From Fastidiosibacter lacustris (GTDB lineage: Bacteria; Pseudomonadota; Gammaproteobacteria; Francisellales; Francisellaceae): a stretch of DNA of 32,000 bases. The position numbers and the translations under genes were made by a program. The notes beneath the pieces were generated by a model. The model worked only from the letters and a program-made list of their open reading frames with translations. It was not told the origin of the DNA and ran no database searches. The first letter of the stretch is position 1; each line of letters begins with the position of its first letter. This document shows positions 1-8,129 of this stretch, one piece after another. The stretch spans positions 60,001-92,000 of the forward strand of contig NZ_QLIR01000003.1 in NCBI RefSeq assembly GCF_003428155.1. Direction: 5' to 3'.

Positions 1-383
1 ACCTTTTTAAGGTAAGAATAATTGCTTAAAGTCGATTGAGTTAATAAAGGGATGTCAACAATTGTATAAGCTGATTGACTTAGTTTAAGCGCATCTTCAA
101 TTTGCTTTCGAATAATTGGGTGCATGAGGTTGTTTAGCCATAAACGATCTTTAGCATTAAGACTTATGATTTTTCTTAACGCTAAACGATTTACCTTCAT
201 GTTATTTTGGACGACGTTTTTGCCAAAATGCTGATAAATTGCTTCGATAACATGAGGTAGTTCAATTGTTTTCTTGGCATATTGGTCAGCACAAATTACC
301 TCAATATGGTAACGTTGAGCAAAAAGTGAAGCGACAGTAGTTTTTCCACTACCAATTCCACCGGTAAGTGCGACAGGATACAT
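1..383 (-). CDS. coaE: Dephospho-CoA kinase, N-terminal part (C-terminus lies beyond the window edge)
   Basis: This gene is not in the ORF track because it runs off the window. My translation of the minus strand from the ATG (cat at 381-383) gives MYPVALTGGIGSGKTTVASLFAQRYHIEVICADQYAKKTIE...DIPLL. The immediate N-terminal P-loop GGIGSGKT(T) and the D-x-PLL motif are typical of CoaE. Confidence 0.8.
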   Translation of the reverse strand, partial: MYPVALTGGIGSGKTTVASLFAQRYHIEVICADQYAKKTIELPHVIEAIYQHFGKNVVQNNMKVNRLALRKIISLNAKDRLWLNNLMHPIIRKQIEDALKLSQSAYTIVDIPLLTQSTLSNYSYLKK

Positions 384-469
384 GTTTTTTTGGTGTACCT
401 TGGGTTTGTTTCTTGATAGGATAACGACGTTTGCCAAATATTTGTAGCTAAACAGTTAATGGAGTTGCT

Positions 470-1432
470 ATGCAAAACATGTTACCTTGTTCTAATCTCG
501 CTTCAGCTAAGCATTTAATCAGTATTAAAAATTTAGATCGACAGGCACTTGATCATTTAATGTGTTTAGCCAAAGAAGCCTATCATGGAAAGCTTCAAGG
601 GAGTTTAAAGGATAAGATTATTGCCAGTTGTTTTTTTGAAGCCTCGACTCGCACGCGCTTATCATTTGAAGCAGCAATTCACCGTTTAGGCGCAAGTGTC
701 ATAGGTTTTTCTGACGCGCAGAGCACATCATTTGCACAAAAAGGAGAGTCATTAACTGATACGATTCATATGTTAAATGGTTATGCTGATGCAATTATCA
801 TGCGCCATTTTGAAGTAGGAAGTGCTGAACGTGCAGCAGCTGTTTCTGCCATTCCTATTGTTAATGCGGGAGATGGAGCAAATGAGCATCCTTCTCAAAC
901 GTTACTCGATTTATTTACAATTGAACAGAAGTTCAACAAGATAGATGGTATTAAAATAGCAATGGTAGGGGATTTACGCTATGGTCGAACTGTACACTCA
1001 CTAAGTTATGCGTTAATGAATTACCTAGATGTTACAATTTACTACGTTGCGCCAAAGGCTTTACAGATTCCAGATGAAATTTTGATAAAACTTAAACAAA
1101 AGAATGTTACTGTTACTTGTATAGAGAAGTTGGAACAAGTATTGGGTTTGATAGATGTATTATATATGACTCGACTACAAAAAGAGCGTTTTACTGGAAA
1201 CGAACAGCATAAGCTGGAGTACGTGATAACAGCTCAAATGCTAAAAAAACAAGCACGCAATAAGATGATCGTCATGCACCCTTTACCACGCATTCACGAG
1301 GTTTGTACTTCTGTTGATGCAACCAAATATGCCTGGTATTTTCAGCAGGCCAAAAATGGTGTATATATGCGCCAAGCGATCTTATACAATTTGTTTTTTA
1401 ATTCATTTATTGCAAACCATAAAGCTTGTTAG
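470..1432 (+). CDS. pyrB: Aspartate carbamoyltransferase catalytic subunit
   Basis: 320 aa with the ATCase motifs STRTRLSFE, HPSQ and HPLPR. The N-terminus (KHLISIKNLDRQALD) aligns with E. coli PyrB. GGAG sits 5 nt upstream of the ATG at 461-464. Confidence 0.93.
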   Translation: MQNMLPCSNLASAKHLISIKNLDRQALDHLMCLAKEAYHGKLQGSLKDKIIASCFFEASTRTRLSFEAAIHRLGASVIGFSDAQSTSFAQKGESLTDTIHMLNGYADAIIMRHFEVGSAERAAAVSAIPIVNAGDGANEHPSQTLLDLFTIEQKFNKIDGIKIAMVGDLRYGRTVHSLSYALMNYLDVTIYYVAPKALQIPDEILIKLKQKNVTVTCIEKLEQVLGLIDVLYMTRLQKERFTGNEQHKLEYVITAQMLKKQARNKMIVMHPLPRIHEVCTSVDATKYAWYFQQAKNGVYMRQAILYNLFFNSFIANHKAC

Positions 1433-1513
1433 TAATGAATACAAAACTTATTTTCCTTCGACCTCTGCAAGAGGTAGGATAAGGCGTAATCCAACCTAAT
1501 TTTGATATCGTTA

Positions 1514-1804
1514 CTAGCTATAGGATGCAAAACGACTCACCTGCCAGCTGCGCGATAAAAAATTATCTATTGTAAGGCTTTTCTTTAAAAAGCTTTTGCT
1601 TTGTGCAAGCATAGGTGTGGGGTCTGTATGGTAAAAGTTAAAGTTATATTTACGAGCAATACGTCTTAAATTACTAACGCTGCAATCTAATACTTTAGCA
1701 ATTTGATGAGGTTGCATCTTTTGCTCAATACAGCGTTGAAAAAATTCCAAAATTGAGCAATTGTAATGTAGTGCGATTTTTGTCTCAACCGTAATTTTTT
1801 TCAT
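1514..1804 (-). CDS. Hypothetical small DNA-binding protein with a helix-turn-helix-like segment
   Basis: 96-aa ORF with a good SD (GGGAG, revcomp of 1813-1817) 8 nt before the ATG. The segment PHQIAKVLDCSVSNLRRIARKY looks like a classical HTH. I recognise no family. It is convergent with pyrB. Confidence 0.5.
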   Translation of the reverse strand: MKKITVETKIALHYNCSILEFFQRCIEQKMQPHQIAKVLDCSVSNLRRIARKYNFNFYHTDPTPMLAQSKSFLKKSLTIDNFLSRSWQVSRFASYS

Positions 1805-2235
1805 TAATTTACTCCCTATTCTTAAATCCTTACTTTATATTTTTTTGGCTTGATTTGATTTAAAAGCCAGCTTGGCGAAATAGCTTTTCCTTATAACTCG
1901 TTATCATATAAGTCCGTATTCAGTAGACAGCTTATTTTTCCTTTGAACACATGGTTTAAGCGTTTGGTAGCCTTTTGCTTAAGTTAGTTTGCAAGCCAAT
2001 GAAATGCTTTTAAACTAGTACCAAAGGTTATTATTCTAAGCTTCTTATCTGGAGATAATACTTTATCGCAAAGCTAAGCATATGACTAGTGAAAAGTAGT
2101 AAAAATTTAAAATAATCTATATTCCGGATTCCCTGCCTCTAAATGCAAAGTCAATCATAACGCTTAAGAATGTCTATAGATATTGCAAAATGCTTCGCAA
2201 TGACTCTTAGAGAGTAGTTACAGTATATATAAATA

Positions 2236-2670
2236 TTATTTTACTTGTTCAATAGTTTGTGCGTGGGGTTGATTATTAATTTTTATTTTTTTAGGTTGCA
2301 TTGCTTCAGGAACTTCTTTAATCAGTGAGATATTTAAAATCCCATTTTCAAATTGTGCTCCTTTAACTTCAATATGATCAGCAAGCTCAAAAGTGTGAGT
2401 AAATGAACGCTCAGCAATTCCACGATGGATAAATTTACGCTCTTTATTATCATCTATTTTACTGCCAGTTACCGTAAGCTTCCCTTGGTGAACAGTAATG
2501 TCGATTTCAGATTCATTAAATCCAGCAATTGCCATGCTGATTAAATAATCTTGTTTTCCAAGTACTTCAATATTGTATGGTGGATAGCTTATCGGTTTAC
2601 CTGCTTCAGCTAAAGCAAATAAACGATCAAAGCCGATAGCATTTCTAACAAGTGAGTCTAATGTATTCAT
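2236..2670 (-). CDS. ibpA: Small heat-shock protein, Hsp20/alpha-crystallin family (IbpA/IbpB-like)
   Basis: It aligns along its full length with E. coli IbpA (AIGFDRLF, YPPYNIE, AIAGF..SE..IT, GIAERSF). I chose the ATG at 2668-2670 (MNTLDSLVRN...) rather than the track start at 2733, because AGGAGT lies 6 nt upstream and the 21-aa extension has no homology. Confidence 0.9.
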   Translation of the reverse strand: MNTLDSLVRNAIGFDRLFALAEAGKPISYPPYNIEVLGKQDYLISMAIAGFNESEIDITVHQGKLTVTGSKIDDNKERKFIHRGIAERSFTHTFELADHIEVKGAQFENGILNISLIKEVPEAMQPKKIKINNQPHAQTIEQVK

Positions 2671-2676
2671 ATTTTT

Positions 2677-2696
2677 ACTCCTAATATTTAGCAAGT
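2677..2696 (-). promoter_or_regulatory. ROSE-like RNA thermometer hairpin sequestering the ibpA Shine-Dalgarno
   Basis: The minus-strand RNA reads 5'-ACUUGCU-AAAUAUU-AGGAGU-3', followed by AAAAAU-AUG. UUGCU pairs with the SD AGGA and leaves a bulged G, giving 6 bp including one G-U. This is the U(U/C)GCU-opposite-SD arrangement described for ROSE elements upstream of sHSP genes, including E. coli ibpA. A second ACTTGCT copy lies upstream at 2714-2720. Confidence 0.45.
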
Positions 2697-2776
2697 GTAA
2701 TTCATAAAAAAGCAGCAAGTTGACTATCATCAAGCCAGCTGATTTTTAGATACCCATATGGCATATCCGATGCAAT

Positions 2777-2804
2777 AAATAAGGATGTTCAAATCAAATT
2801 CAAG
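2777..2804 (-). promoter_or_regulatory. Candidate sigma-32 (heat-shock) promoter for ibpA
   Basis: The minus strand reads CTTGAA (2804-2799), a 14-nt spacer, then CCTTATTT (2784-2777), against the consensus CTTGAA-N13-15-CCCCATNT. The -35 is perfect and the -10 is partial. It would give a 5' UTR of roughly 100 nt containing the hairpin above. Confidence 0.3.
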
Positions 2805-2917
2805 TAAAAATATTTTTTATGTTTTATCTTTAATAAAGCTTAAAATGAATGACTTTGGCATTGTAGTGACATGTGATATGATGCCGTAGATTTGATAATT
2901 AGGAAAATAAGGAATAT

Positions 2918-3847
2918 ATGTCGAGTAAAAAAGTTGCTACGATTGATTTAGGCTCAAATAGTTTCCACATGTTGATTTCAGAGGTCACAATAGAAGGGCA
3001 GATTCAAGAGCTGTATCGTGGAAAAAGCAAGGTGCAATTACGAGCTGGTTTAACTGAAGATATGCGATTAACAGACGAAGTAAAAGCACGTGCCTTAGAG
3101 TGTTTACAAAATTTTGCATTATCAATTCAGCATTACCAAGTTGATGAAGTGAAGGTTGTTGGGACCTATACTTTGCGTAAAGCAAAAGAAAATATCTACG
3201 ACTTTTTAGATGAGGCACAACGTATTTTAAAAGCTAAGGTTGAAGTAATTTCAGGAGAAGAAGAGGCTCGCCTTGTTTATGTTGGCGCCTCTGCTGTGGT
3301 CGAAGCACAAAAGAAAAAGGCGCTTATCGTTGACATTGGAGGTGGGTCAACTGAACTTGTAATCGGAAAAGGGCAAAATCTAAAATCATTAGTGAGTTTG
3401 GAAATGGGGTGTGTGAGTGTCCAAAATCAGTTTTTTAACGATGGATTATTAACGCTAGCTAATTTTTCACAAGCAATTAATTATGCTTATAATTTGCTTG
3501 ATCCTATTGTAGCTGAATATATTCAACAAGGTTGGGATGTTGCTTTAGGCTCTTCTGGCACAATTCGTTCCATTTCTGATTTAGCACTTGCCCATAATTG
3601 GTCAGATGGCAGTATTACATGGGATGTTATGGAGATATTGGCAGCAGAGCTTTTACAAAAAAGAGTGGTAGCAAATGTTCATTTTAATGGTTTACGTTCT
3701 GATCGTGAGAATATACTAGCAGGTGGGTTTTGTGTGCTTTATGCTTTGTTTAATCGCCTAGGCATTAAAAAAATGCTGAAATCCGAGGGGGCCTTGCGCG
3801 AGGGGATGCTGTATGAAATCGTTAATAGTTATAAGCAGAAGGAATAG
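2918..3847 (+). CDS. Ppx/GppA-family phosphatase, short single-module form (exopolyphosphatase / pppGpp phosphohydrolase)
   Basis: 309 aa with the ASKHA-fold signatures IDLGSNSFH near the N-terminus and DIGGGSTE. At about 300 aa it lacks the C-terminal half of the ~500-aa E. coli Ppx/GppA. AAGGA lies upstream of the ATG. Confidence 0.85.
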   Translation: MSSKKVATIDLGSNSFHMLISEVTIEGQIQELYRGKSKVQLRAGLTEDMRLTDEVKARALECLQNFALSIQHYQVDEVKVVGTYTLRKAKENIYDFLDEAQRILKAKVEVISGEEEARLVYVGASAVVEAQKKKALIVDIGGGSTELVIGKGQNLKSLVSLEMGCVSVQNQFFNDGLLTLANFSQAINYAYNLLDPIVAEYIQQGWDVALGSSGTIRSISDLALAHNWSDGSITWDVMEILAAELLQKRVVANVHFNGLRSDRENILAGGFCVLYALFNRLGIKKMLKSEGALREGMLYEIVNSYKQKE

Positions 3848-5125
3848 ATGAAACAAATACCGTTAGCTTTTAGAATGCGTCCACAGTCGTTGCAAGACTA
3901 TTTTGGTCAACAGCACTTACTAGCAAAAGAAAAGATTTTGGCACGAATGTTGGTTAAAAAGCAGATCGTATCAATGATTTTATACGGTAAACCAGGTGTT
4001 GGTAAAACCACCTTAGCCAAGGTGTTAGCAAATGAACTTAACGACTACTTTATTGAACTTTCTGCTGTAAGTGCTGGTATAAAAGACATTAAATCAGCTG
4101 TATTAAGTGCACAAACACGTTATGAAGAGAGTCATCAACAGACCATTTTGTTTTTGGATGAAATTCATCGCTTTAATAAGGCGCAACAAGATACACTGCT
4201 ACCGCATGTTGAAAATGGGGATTTGATTTTAATTGGAGCAACAACGGAAAATCCGTTTTTCTCAATAAACAATGCCTTGCTGTCTCGTTTGACTGTATTG
4301 AAACTCAAGCCATTAACTTTGCAAGATATGAATGCATTATTAAGGCATGCCTTGAGTTGTGATAAAATATTATCCAGTTATCCATTGACCTTAAAAGACA
4401 GTACAATAGAGAAGATTTTTTATGCTTCAACTGGTGATTGTCGGTGCGCCTTGAACCTTCTGGAAGCTATGTTTTTAGTGGCAAATACAGCAGATATCAA
4501 TATAAAAAAAGAGATTGAACTAGGAGATGAGTTACTGGCAATTACATTATCTGAGCATGCGCATAAGATGGATAAAGGTGGTGATTATTTTTATGATCAG
4601 TTATCTGCTTTTCATAAATCGGTTCGAGGCTCCGATCCTGATGCAGCTGTTTTTTGGCTTGCTAATATGATTGAAAGTGGTGCAGATCCATTGGTCATTG
4701 CGAGGCGAATGTTATGTATTGCTTCAGAAGACATTGGTAATGCTGATCCAAAAGCTCTTGGCTTAGCTTTAGATGCTTGGCAAGCTTATGAAAGGCTTGG
4801 TTTACCAGAAGGGCGTTTACCACTTATTCAAGCAGCAGTATATTTGGCATGTGCACCTAAGAGTAACGCTGCTTATATGGCATATAAAAGTGTATTTGAT
4901 GATCTAAAAAATTATTCAGAGGTTAGTGTTCCAATCCACTTGAGAAACATTAAACCAATAGGTGAAAAGATAAGTGCAGAATATCAATATCCACATAATT
5001 TTCCTGAAGGTTATGTTAAACAGCGTTATTTGCCAGATAATGTGAATCGTCAATATTATTACCCAACAGATAGAGGACTTGAGCAGAAAATTAGCCAAAA
5101 ACTATCTTACTTAAAATCAAAGTAG
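3848..5125 (+). CDS. rarA: Replication-associated recombination protein A (AAA+ ATPase)
   Basis: 425 aa with Walker A GKPGVGKTT, Walker B LFLDEIHRFNK and the MgsA C-terminal motifs (HKSVRGSDPDAA.FWL, ASEDIGNADP, HLRN, YQYPH). The ATG directly follows the ppx stop (TAGATG). Confidence 0.93.
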   Translation: MKQIPLAFRMRPQSLQDYFGQQHLLAKEKILARMLVKKQIVSMILYGKPGVGKTTLAKVLANELNDYFIELSAVSAGIKDIKSAVLSAQTRYEESHQQTILFLDEIHRFNKAQQDTLLPHVENGDLILIGATTENPFFSINNALLSRLTVLKLKPLTLQDMNALLRHALSCDKILSSYPLTLKDSTIEKIFYASTGDCRCALNLLEAMFLVANTADINIKKEIELGDELLAITLSEHAHKMDKGGDYFYDQLSAFHKSVRGSDPDAAVFWLANMIESGADPLVIARRMLCIASEDIGNADPKALGLALDAWQAYERLGLPEGRLPLIQAAVYLACAPKSNAAYMAYKSVFDDLKNYSEVSVPIHLRNIKPIGEKISAEYQYPHNFPEGYVKQRYLPDNVNRQYYYPTDRGLEQKISQKLSYLKSK

Positions 5126-5250
5126 GTTTGAAATTCATTAAATCCTTCCTACACTTAAATTACAGATTGGATGAATATAACTGCTACATCAGAGATAGCT
5201 GAGGAAATGGCTAAAGTAGTGCAAAAAATGAGTGTGGAGTATAGACCATC

Positions 5251-6600
5251 ATGAAGCCAAAAGTATTTACCCTAACAACAATAGCGTTAAACATTCTTAC
5301 TGTAAGTTTAATTGCAGCTTCAGCAGAACCAAGTCAAAATAATACACAGGAGCATATAGATAAATTGTCACGCAGTATAGAGCTTGTTAAACAAGCATAT
5401 GTAGATGAGTTAAGTGATGAAGAGATTTTAGAAAGTGCGATTGATGGCATGTTGAAATCTCTTGATCCACATTCTCGTTTTTTAGACGATGACGATTTTG
5501 CTGATTTACAACTATCGATTCATGGAGAGTTTGCAGGTCTTGGCATGCATGTTACTTCGGTTGATGAGCAGATTAAAGTGATTTCTCCTATAGATGATAC
5601 TCCAGCGCATCGTGCGGGTGTGAAAGCTGGTGATTATATCATTAAAATTGATGATATAAATGTTACTGGTATGGCACTTGATGAGGCAGTTAAAAAAATG
5701 CGAGGAGAGCCTGGTACACAAGTCAATATCACGTTAGTAAGAGATAAAACACCCAAACCAATTATATTATCGTTGATACGTGAAAATATTAAACTTCAAT
5801 CCGTGAAGTCAGAAATAATTGCAGATGATTATGGCTATATTCGGATTAGCCAATTTCAAGGTGGTACCGCAGAAGAGCTTAAATCAAATATTGATAAACT
5901 TATAAAGGATAATCCAAAGATAAAAGGCTATGTTTTGGATTTACGCAATAATCCTGGTGGTTTATTGGATTCTGCCGTTGCCATTAGTGATACTTTTTTA
6001 CAGGCTAATCCAGCTAATCCTAAAAAAATTGTTTATATCAAATCACGTAACCCCTTAGAGTCAAGTACTAGCTATGCCGTAAGCAATGATTATATTAATG
6101 GTTTACCGATGGTGGTATTAGTAAATATGGGATCTGCTTCAGCTTCTGAGATTGTTGCTGGGGCATTACAAGATAATAAGCGTGCAATTATTGTTGGAGT
6201 GAAAACCTTTGGTAAAGGTTCTGTACAAACTGTTATTCCAATTTCTGAAACCAATGCGGTTAAACTTACAACTGCTCGCTATTACACACCAAATGGTATA
6301 GCGATTCAATCACAAGGTGTGATTCCTGATGTGATCGTTGAAGGCGAGGGAACTTTGTTGGTTACCACTATGGGTGATGGTAAAAATAAGGATAATCAAA
6401 CTGAATCATTGACATTTGATGAAAGTAGTTTTCATCATGCTATCTTATCGAATAATGATAAAATAAAAGATAAACAAACCAAGCAGGCATTAGAGGATTA
6501 TAAAAAAGATTATAAGATAACGCAAACCTTAGAAACTAAGGATAATCAATTAGCTGAAGCAATCAGTATTTTAAAAGCTTTAAGTATTATGGAGTCATAA
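5251..6600 (+). CDS. ctpA: Carboxy-terminal processing peptidase, S41 family (Ctp/Prc-like)
   Basis: 449 aa with an N-terminal signal peptide (TIALNILTVSLIAASA) and a PDZ region (PAHRAGVKAGDYIIKID). It carries the DLRNNPGG, Ser-nucleophile GSASASEI and Lys TFGKGSVQ motifs. Confidence 0.9.
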   Translation: MKPKVFTLTTIALNILTVSLIAASAEPSQNNTQEHIDKLSRSIELVKQAYVDELSDEEILESAIDGMLKSLDPHSRFLDDDDFADLQLSIHGEFAGLGMHVTSVDEQIKVISPIDDTPAHRAGVKAGDYIIKIDDINVTGMALDEAVKKMRGEPGTQVNITLVRDKTPKPIILSLIRENIKLQSVKSEIIADDYGYIRISQFQGGTAEELKSNIDKLIKDNPKIKGYVLDLRNNPGGLLDSAVAISDTFLQANPANPKKIVYIKSRNPLESSTSYAVSNDYINGLPMVVLVNMGSASASEIVAGALQDNKRAIIVGVKTFGKGSVQTVIPISETNAVKLTTARYYTPNGIAIQSQGVIPDVIVEGEGTLLVTTMGDGKNKDNQTESLTFDESSFHHAILSNNDKIKDKQTKQALEDYKKDYKITQTLETKDNQLAEAISILKALSIMES

Positions 6601-6707
6601 ATAGAATGGTTTCTTAAAATTATGAGAAAACTAGAAACCAAGAGAAAATTATACTGCTTTTTTAAAAAAAATCGCTAGAATGTCTCAAAATCATTTATTC
6701 GACCTTT

Positions 6708-7367
6708 GTGCAGATGCTGGATAAAAATATTGTAATCATTGGCGTAGTAGGTGGATCAGGCTCGGGAAAAAGCCTGTTATCTAATACGATAGTTGAAGAG
6801 TTAGAAGACCTTGAATCTGCGCGAGTTACTGTGTTATCAGAAGATCATTATTATCGTGACAATAGTCATTTATTAAGAGAACAACTTGACAAATTGAATT
6901 ATGATCACCCAGATGCGTTTGAGCATACTTTGTTAAAAACGCATCTAGAAACCTTGATTGCAGGACAAAATATTGATGTACCAATATATGATTATGCAAC
7001 CCATAGTCGTGTTAAAAACAAAACGCTACCAATTAGTGGACAAACCAGTATTTTAATTTTAGAAGGAATTATGCTTTTTACTGATGCAGGGCTTCGTAAT
7101 TTAATGGACATTAAGATTTTTATGGATACTCCAATGGATGTCTCTTTCATTCGTCGTTTGGTTCGAGATCAAAAAGAACGTGGACGTAGTGTAGATAGTG
7201 TAGTAACGCAATATTTAGAAACTGTGCGTCCGATGTTTTTACAATTTATTGAACCTGCAAAGCGATATGCTGACATTATTGTTCCACATGGAGGTAAGAA
7301 TAAGATTGCGATTGATCTCATTCGCTCAAAAGTACGTGAGTTATTACGTTTCAGCAGAACAATTTGA
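6708..7367 (+). CDS. udk: Uridine/cytidine kinase
   Basis: It aligns end to end with E. coli Udk (GGSGSGKS P-loop, NYDHPDAF, ILEGI, RD..ERGRS, TVRPMFLQFIEP.K.YADIIVP.GGKN.IAID). The track start is a GTG at 6708. An ATG two codons downstream (6714) is equally possible. Confidence 0.92.
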   Translation: MQMLDKNIVIIGVVGGSGSGKSLLSNTIVEELEDLESARVTVLSEDHYYRDNSHLLREQLDKLNYDHPDAFEHTLLKTHLETLIAGQNIDVPIYDYATHSRVKNKTLPISGQTSILILEGIMLFTDAGLRNLMDIKIFMDTPMDVSFIRRLVRDQKERGRSVDSVVTQYLETVRPMFLQFIEPAKRYADIIVPHGGKNKIAIDLIRSKVRELLRFSRTI

Positions 7368-7399
7368 GGCATGCCCTTAGAGTTTGAAAAATGAAGACT

Positions 7400-8062
7400 C
7401 TAAGCTAAACAAAGAGTGAGTATACTTATTTTTGTGATTTGATTGGTAGGTTCATTTTGTAATGTGTTGACTAGTGATGTAATCGTTGCCCCAGTTGTAT
7501 AAACATCATCCACAATTAATAGGTGTTGTGCTGATATAGATTTAGTTTGTATAAATACATTATGCATTTGTATTTGCCTTTGTTGATAGTTTGATTTTGC
7601 TTGAGGTTTGGTGTATTTCATGCGTTTGATTGAACGTATATCCAATATTTGGTTTTGTTTTATAATATGTTTAGCCAAAATTTCTGCTTGATTAAATCCA
7701 CGCACTAAAAAGCGCAAACGATGACTGGGAACTGGTAAAATATAATCAACGTCATTTAAGAAAGGCTGACGCTGAAATGCTTTTTTCATGTACTGACCAA
7801 GAAAAACTCCTGCAATATGATTTTTTTGATATTTGAATAGAAATAAAAGCTTACGTGTTAAACCCTCAAAATGATTAAAAGCATATAATGTAATAGGTTG
7901 ACCATTAATTGTAAGTTTACGTCTTTTATGAAGCAAGGATTCTTTTGCTAAAGCGTTTTGGCAATGTTGACATAACCCTTGTTTGGTCTTTTGTAAACAT
8001 AAAATACATTGGTAATGAATGAAAATTGTTTTTAGGATGGTTAGGACTTTTAAAATAAACAT
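7400..8062 (-). CDS. comF: ComF-family protein (phosphoribosyltransferase-like competence protein)
   Basis: 220 aa with an N-terminal CxxC...CxxC zinc-ribbon (CILCLQ...CQHCQ) and a C-terminal PRTase motif LLIVDDVYTTGAT. Confidence 0.8.
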   Translation of the reverse strand: MFILKVLTILKTIFIHYQCILCLQKTKQGLCQHCQNALAKESLLHKRRKLTINGQPITLYAFNHFEGLTRKLLFLFKYQKNHIAGVFLGQYMKKAFQRQPFLNDVDYILPVPSHRLRFLVRGFNQAEILAKHIIKQNQILDIRSIKRMKYTKPQAKSNYQQRQIQMHNVFIQTKSISAQHLLIVDDVYTTGATITSLVNTLQNEPTNQITKISILTLCLA

Positions 8063-8129
8063 TTTTTGTTTTTAATTGAAGTATCTTCATAGCTTTTATT
8101 TAAGCAGGAATTTTGAATAATGCTTCTTG

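Noticed and set aside
1461-1475. Small hairpin ACCTCT-GCA-AGAGGT between the convergent pyrB and HTH ORF.
   Set aside because: It has only 6 bp, a 3-nt loop and no U-tract on either strand. That is insufficient for a terminator call.
1314-1499. 61-aa plus-strand ORF overlapping the 3' end of pyrB in another frame.
   Set aside because: It lies almost entirely inside the well-supported pyrB CDS, has no SD, and has the odd composition typical of an out-of-frame read-through.
1805-2235. Screened the long spacer for a structured housekeeping RNA (tmRNA, 4.5S/SRP, RNase P, tRNA).
   Set aside because: None of the conserved hallmarks is present on either strand. I looked for a GGGGCUG 5' end with a tRNA-like CCA 3' end, the SRP GGAA tetraloop helix, the RNase P GGAAAGUCCGGGCU motif, and T-arm GTTCGAATC-like boxes.
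2671-2733. N-terminal extension of the sHSP ORF in the track (MMIVNLLLFYELHLLNIRSKN...).
   Set aside because: The extension has no homology to IbpA-type proteins and would overrun the strong AGGAGT SD that precedes the internal ATG at 2670. I used the shorter form.
2985-3218. Antisense or out-of-frame short ORFs embedded in well-supported genes. This entry covers 2985-3218 and also 4916-5098, 5512-5721, 7169-7372, 9851-10069, 10803-10988, 11390-11596, 13014-13199, 15098-15283, 21018-21203, 21474-21659, 21696-21902, 22501-22743, 23592-23825, 24555-24755, 25527-25781, 26978-27241, 27480-27662, 28142-28333 and 31056-31244.
   Set aside because: All are 60-87 aa, embedded in well-supported genes, and have low-complexity or Cys/Leu/Ile-rich compositions typical of AT-rich out-of-frame translation. 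None has a recognisable motif or a good SD.
6608-6680. GGTTTCT-N18-AGAAACC stem and a T6A8 palindrome downstream of ctp.
   Set aside because: It is plausibly a terminator region, but the stem is weak with a long loop and the T/A run is separated from it. I am not confident enough to annotate it.
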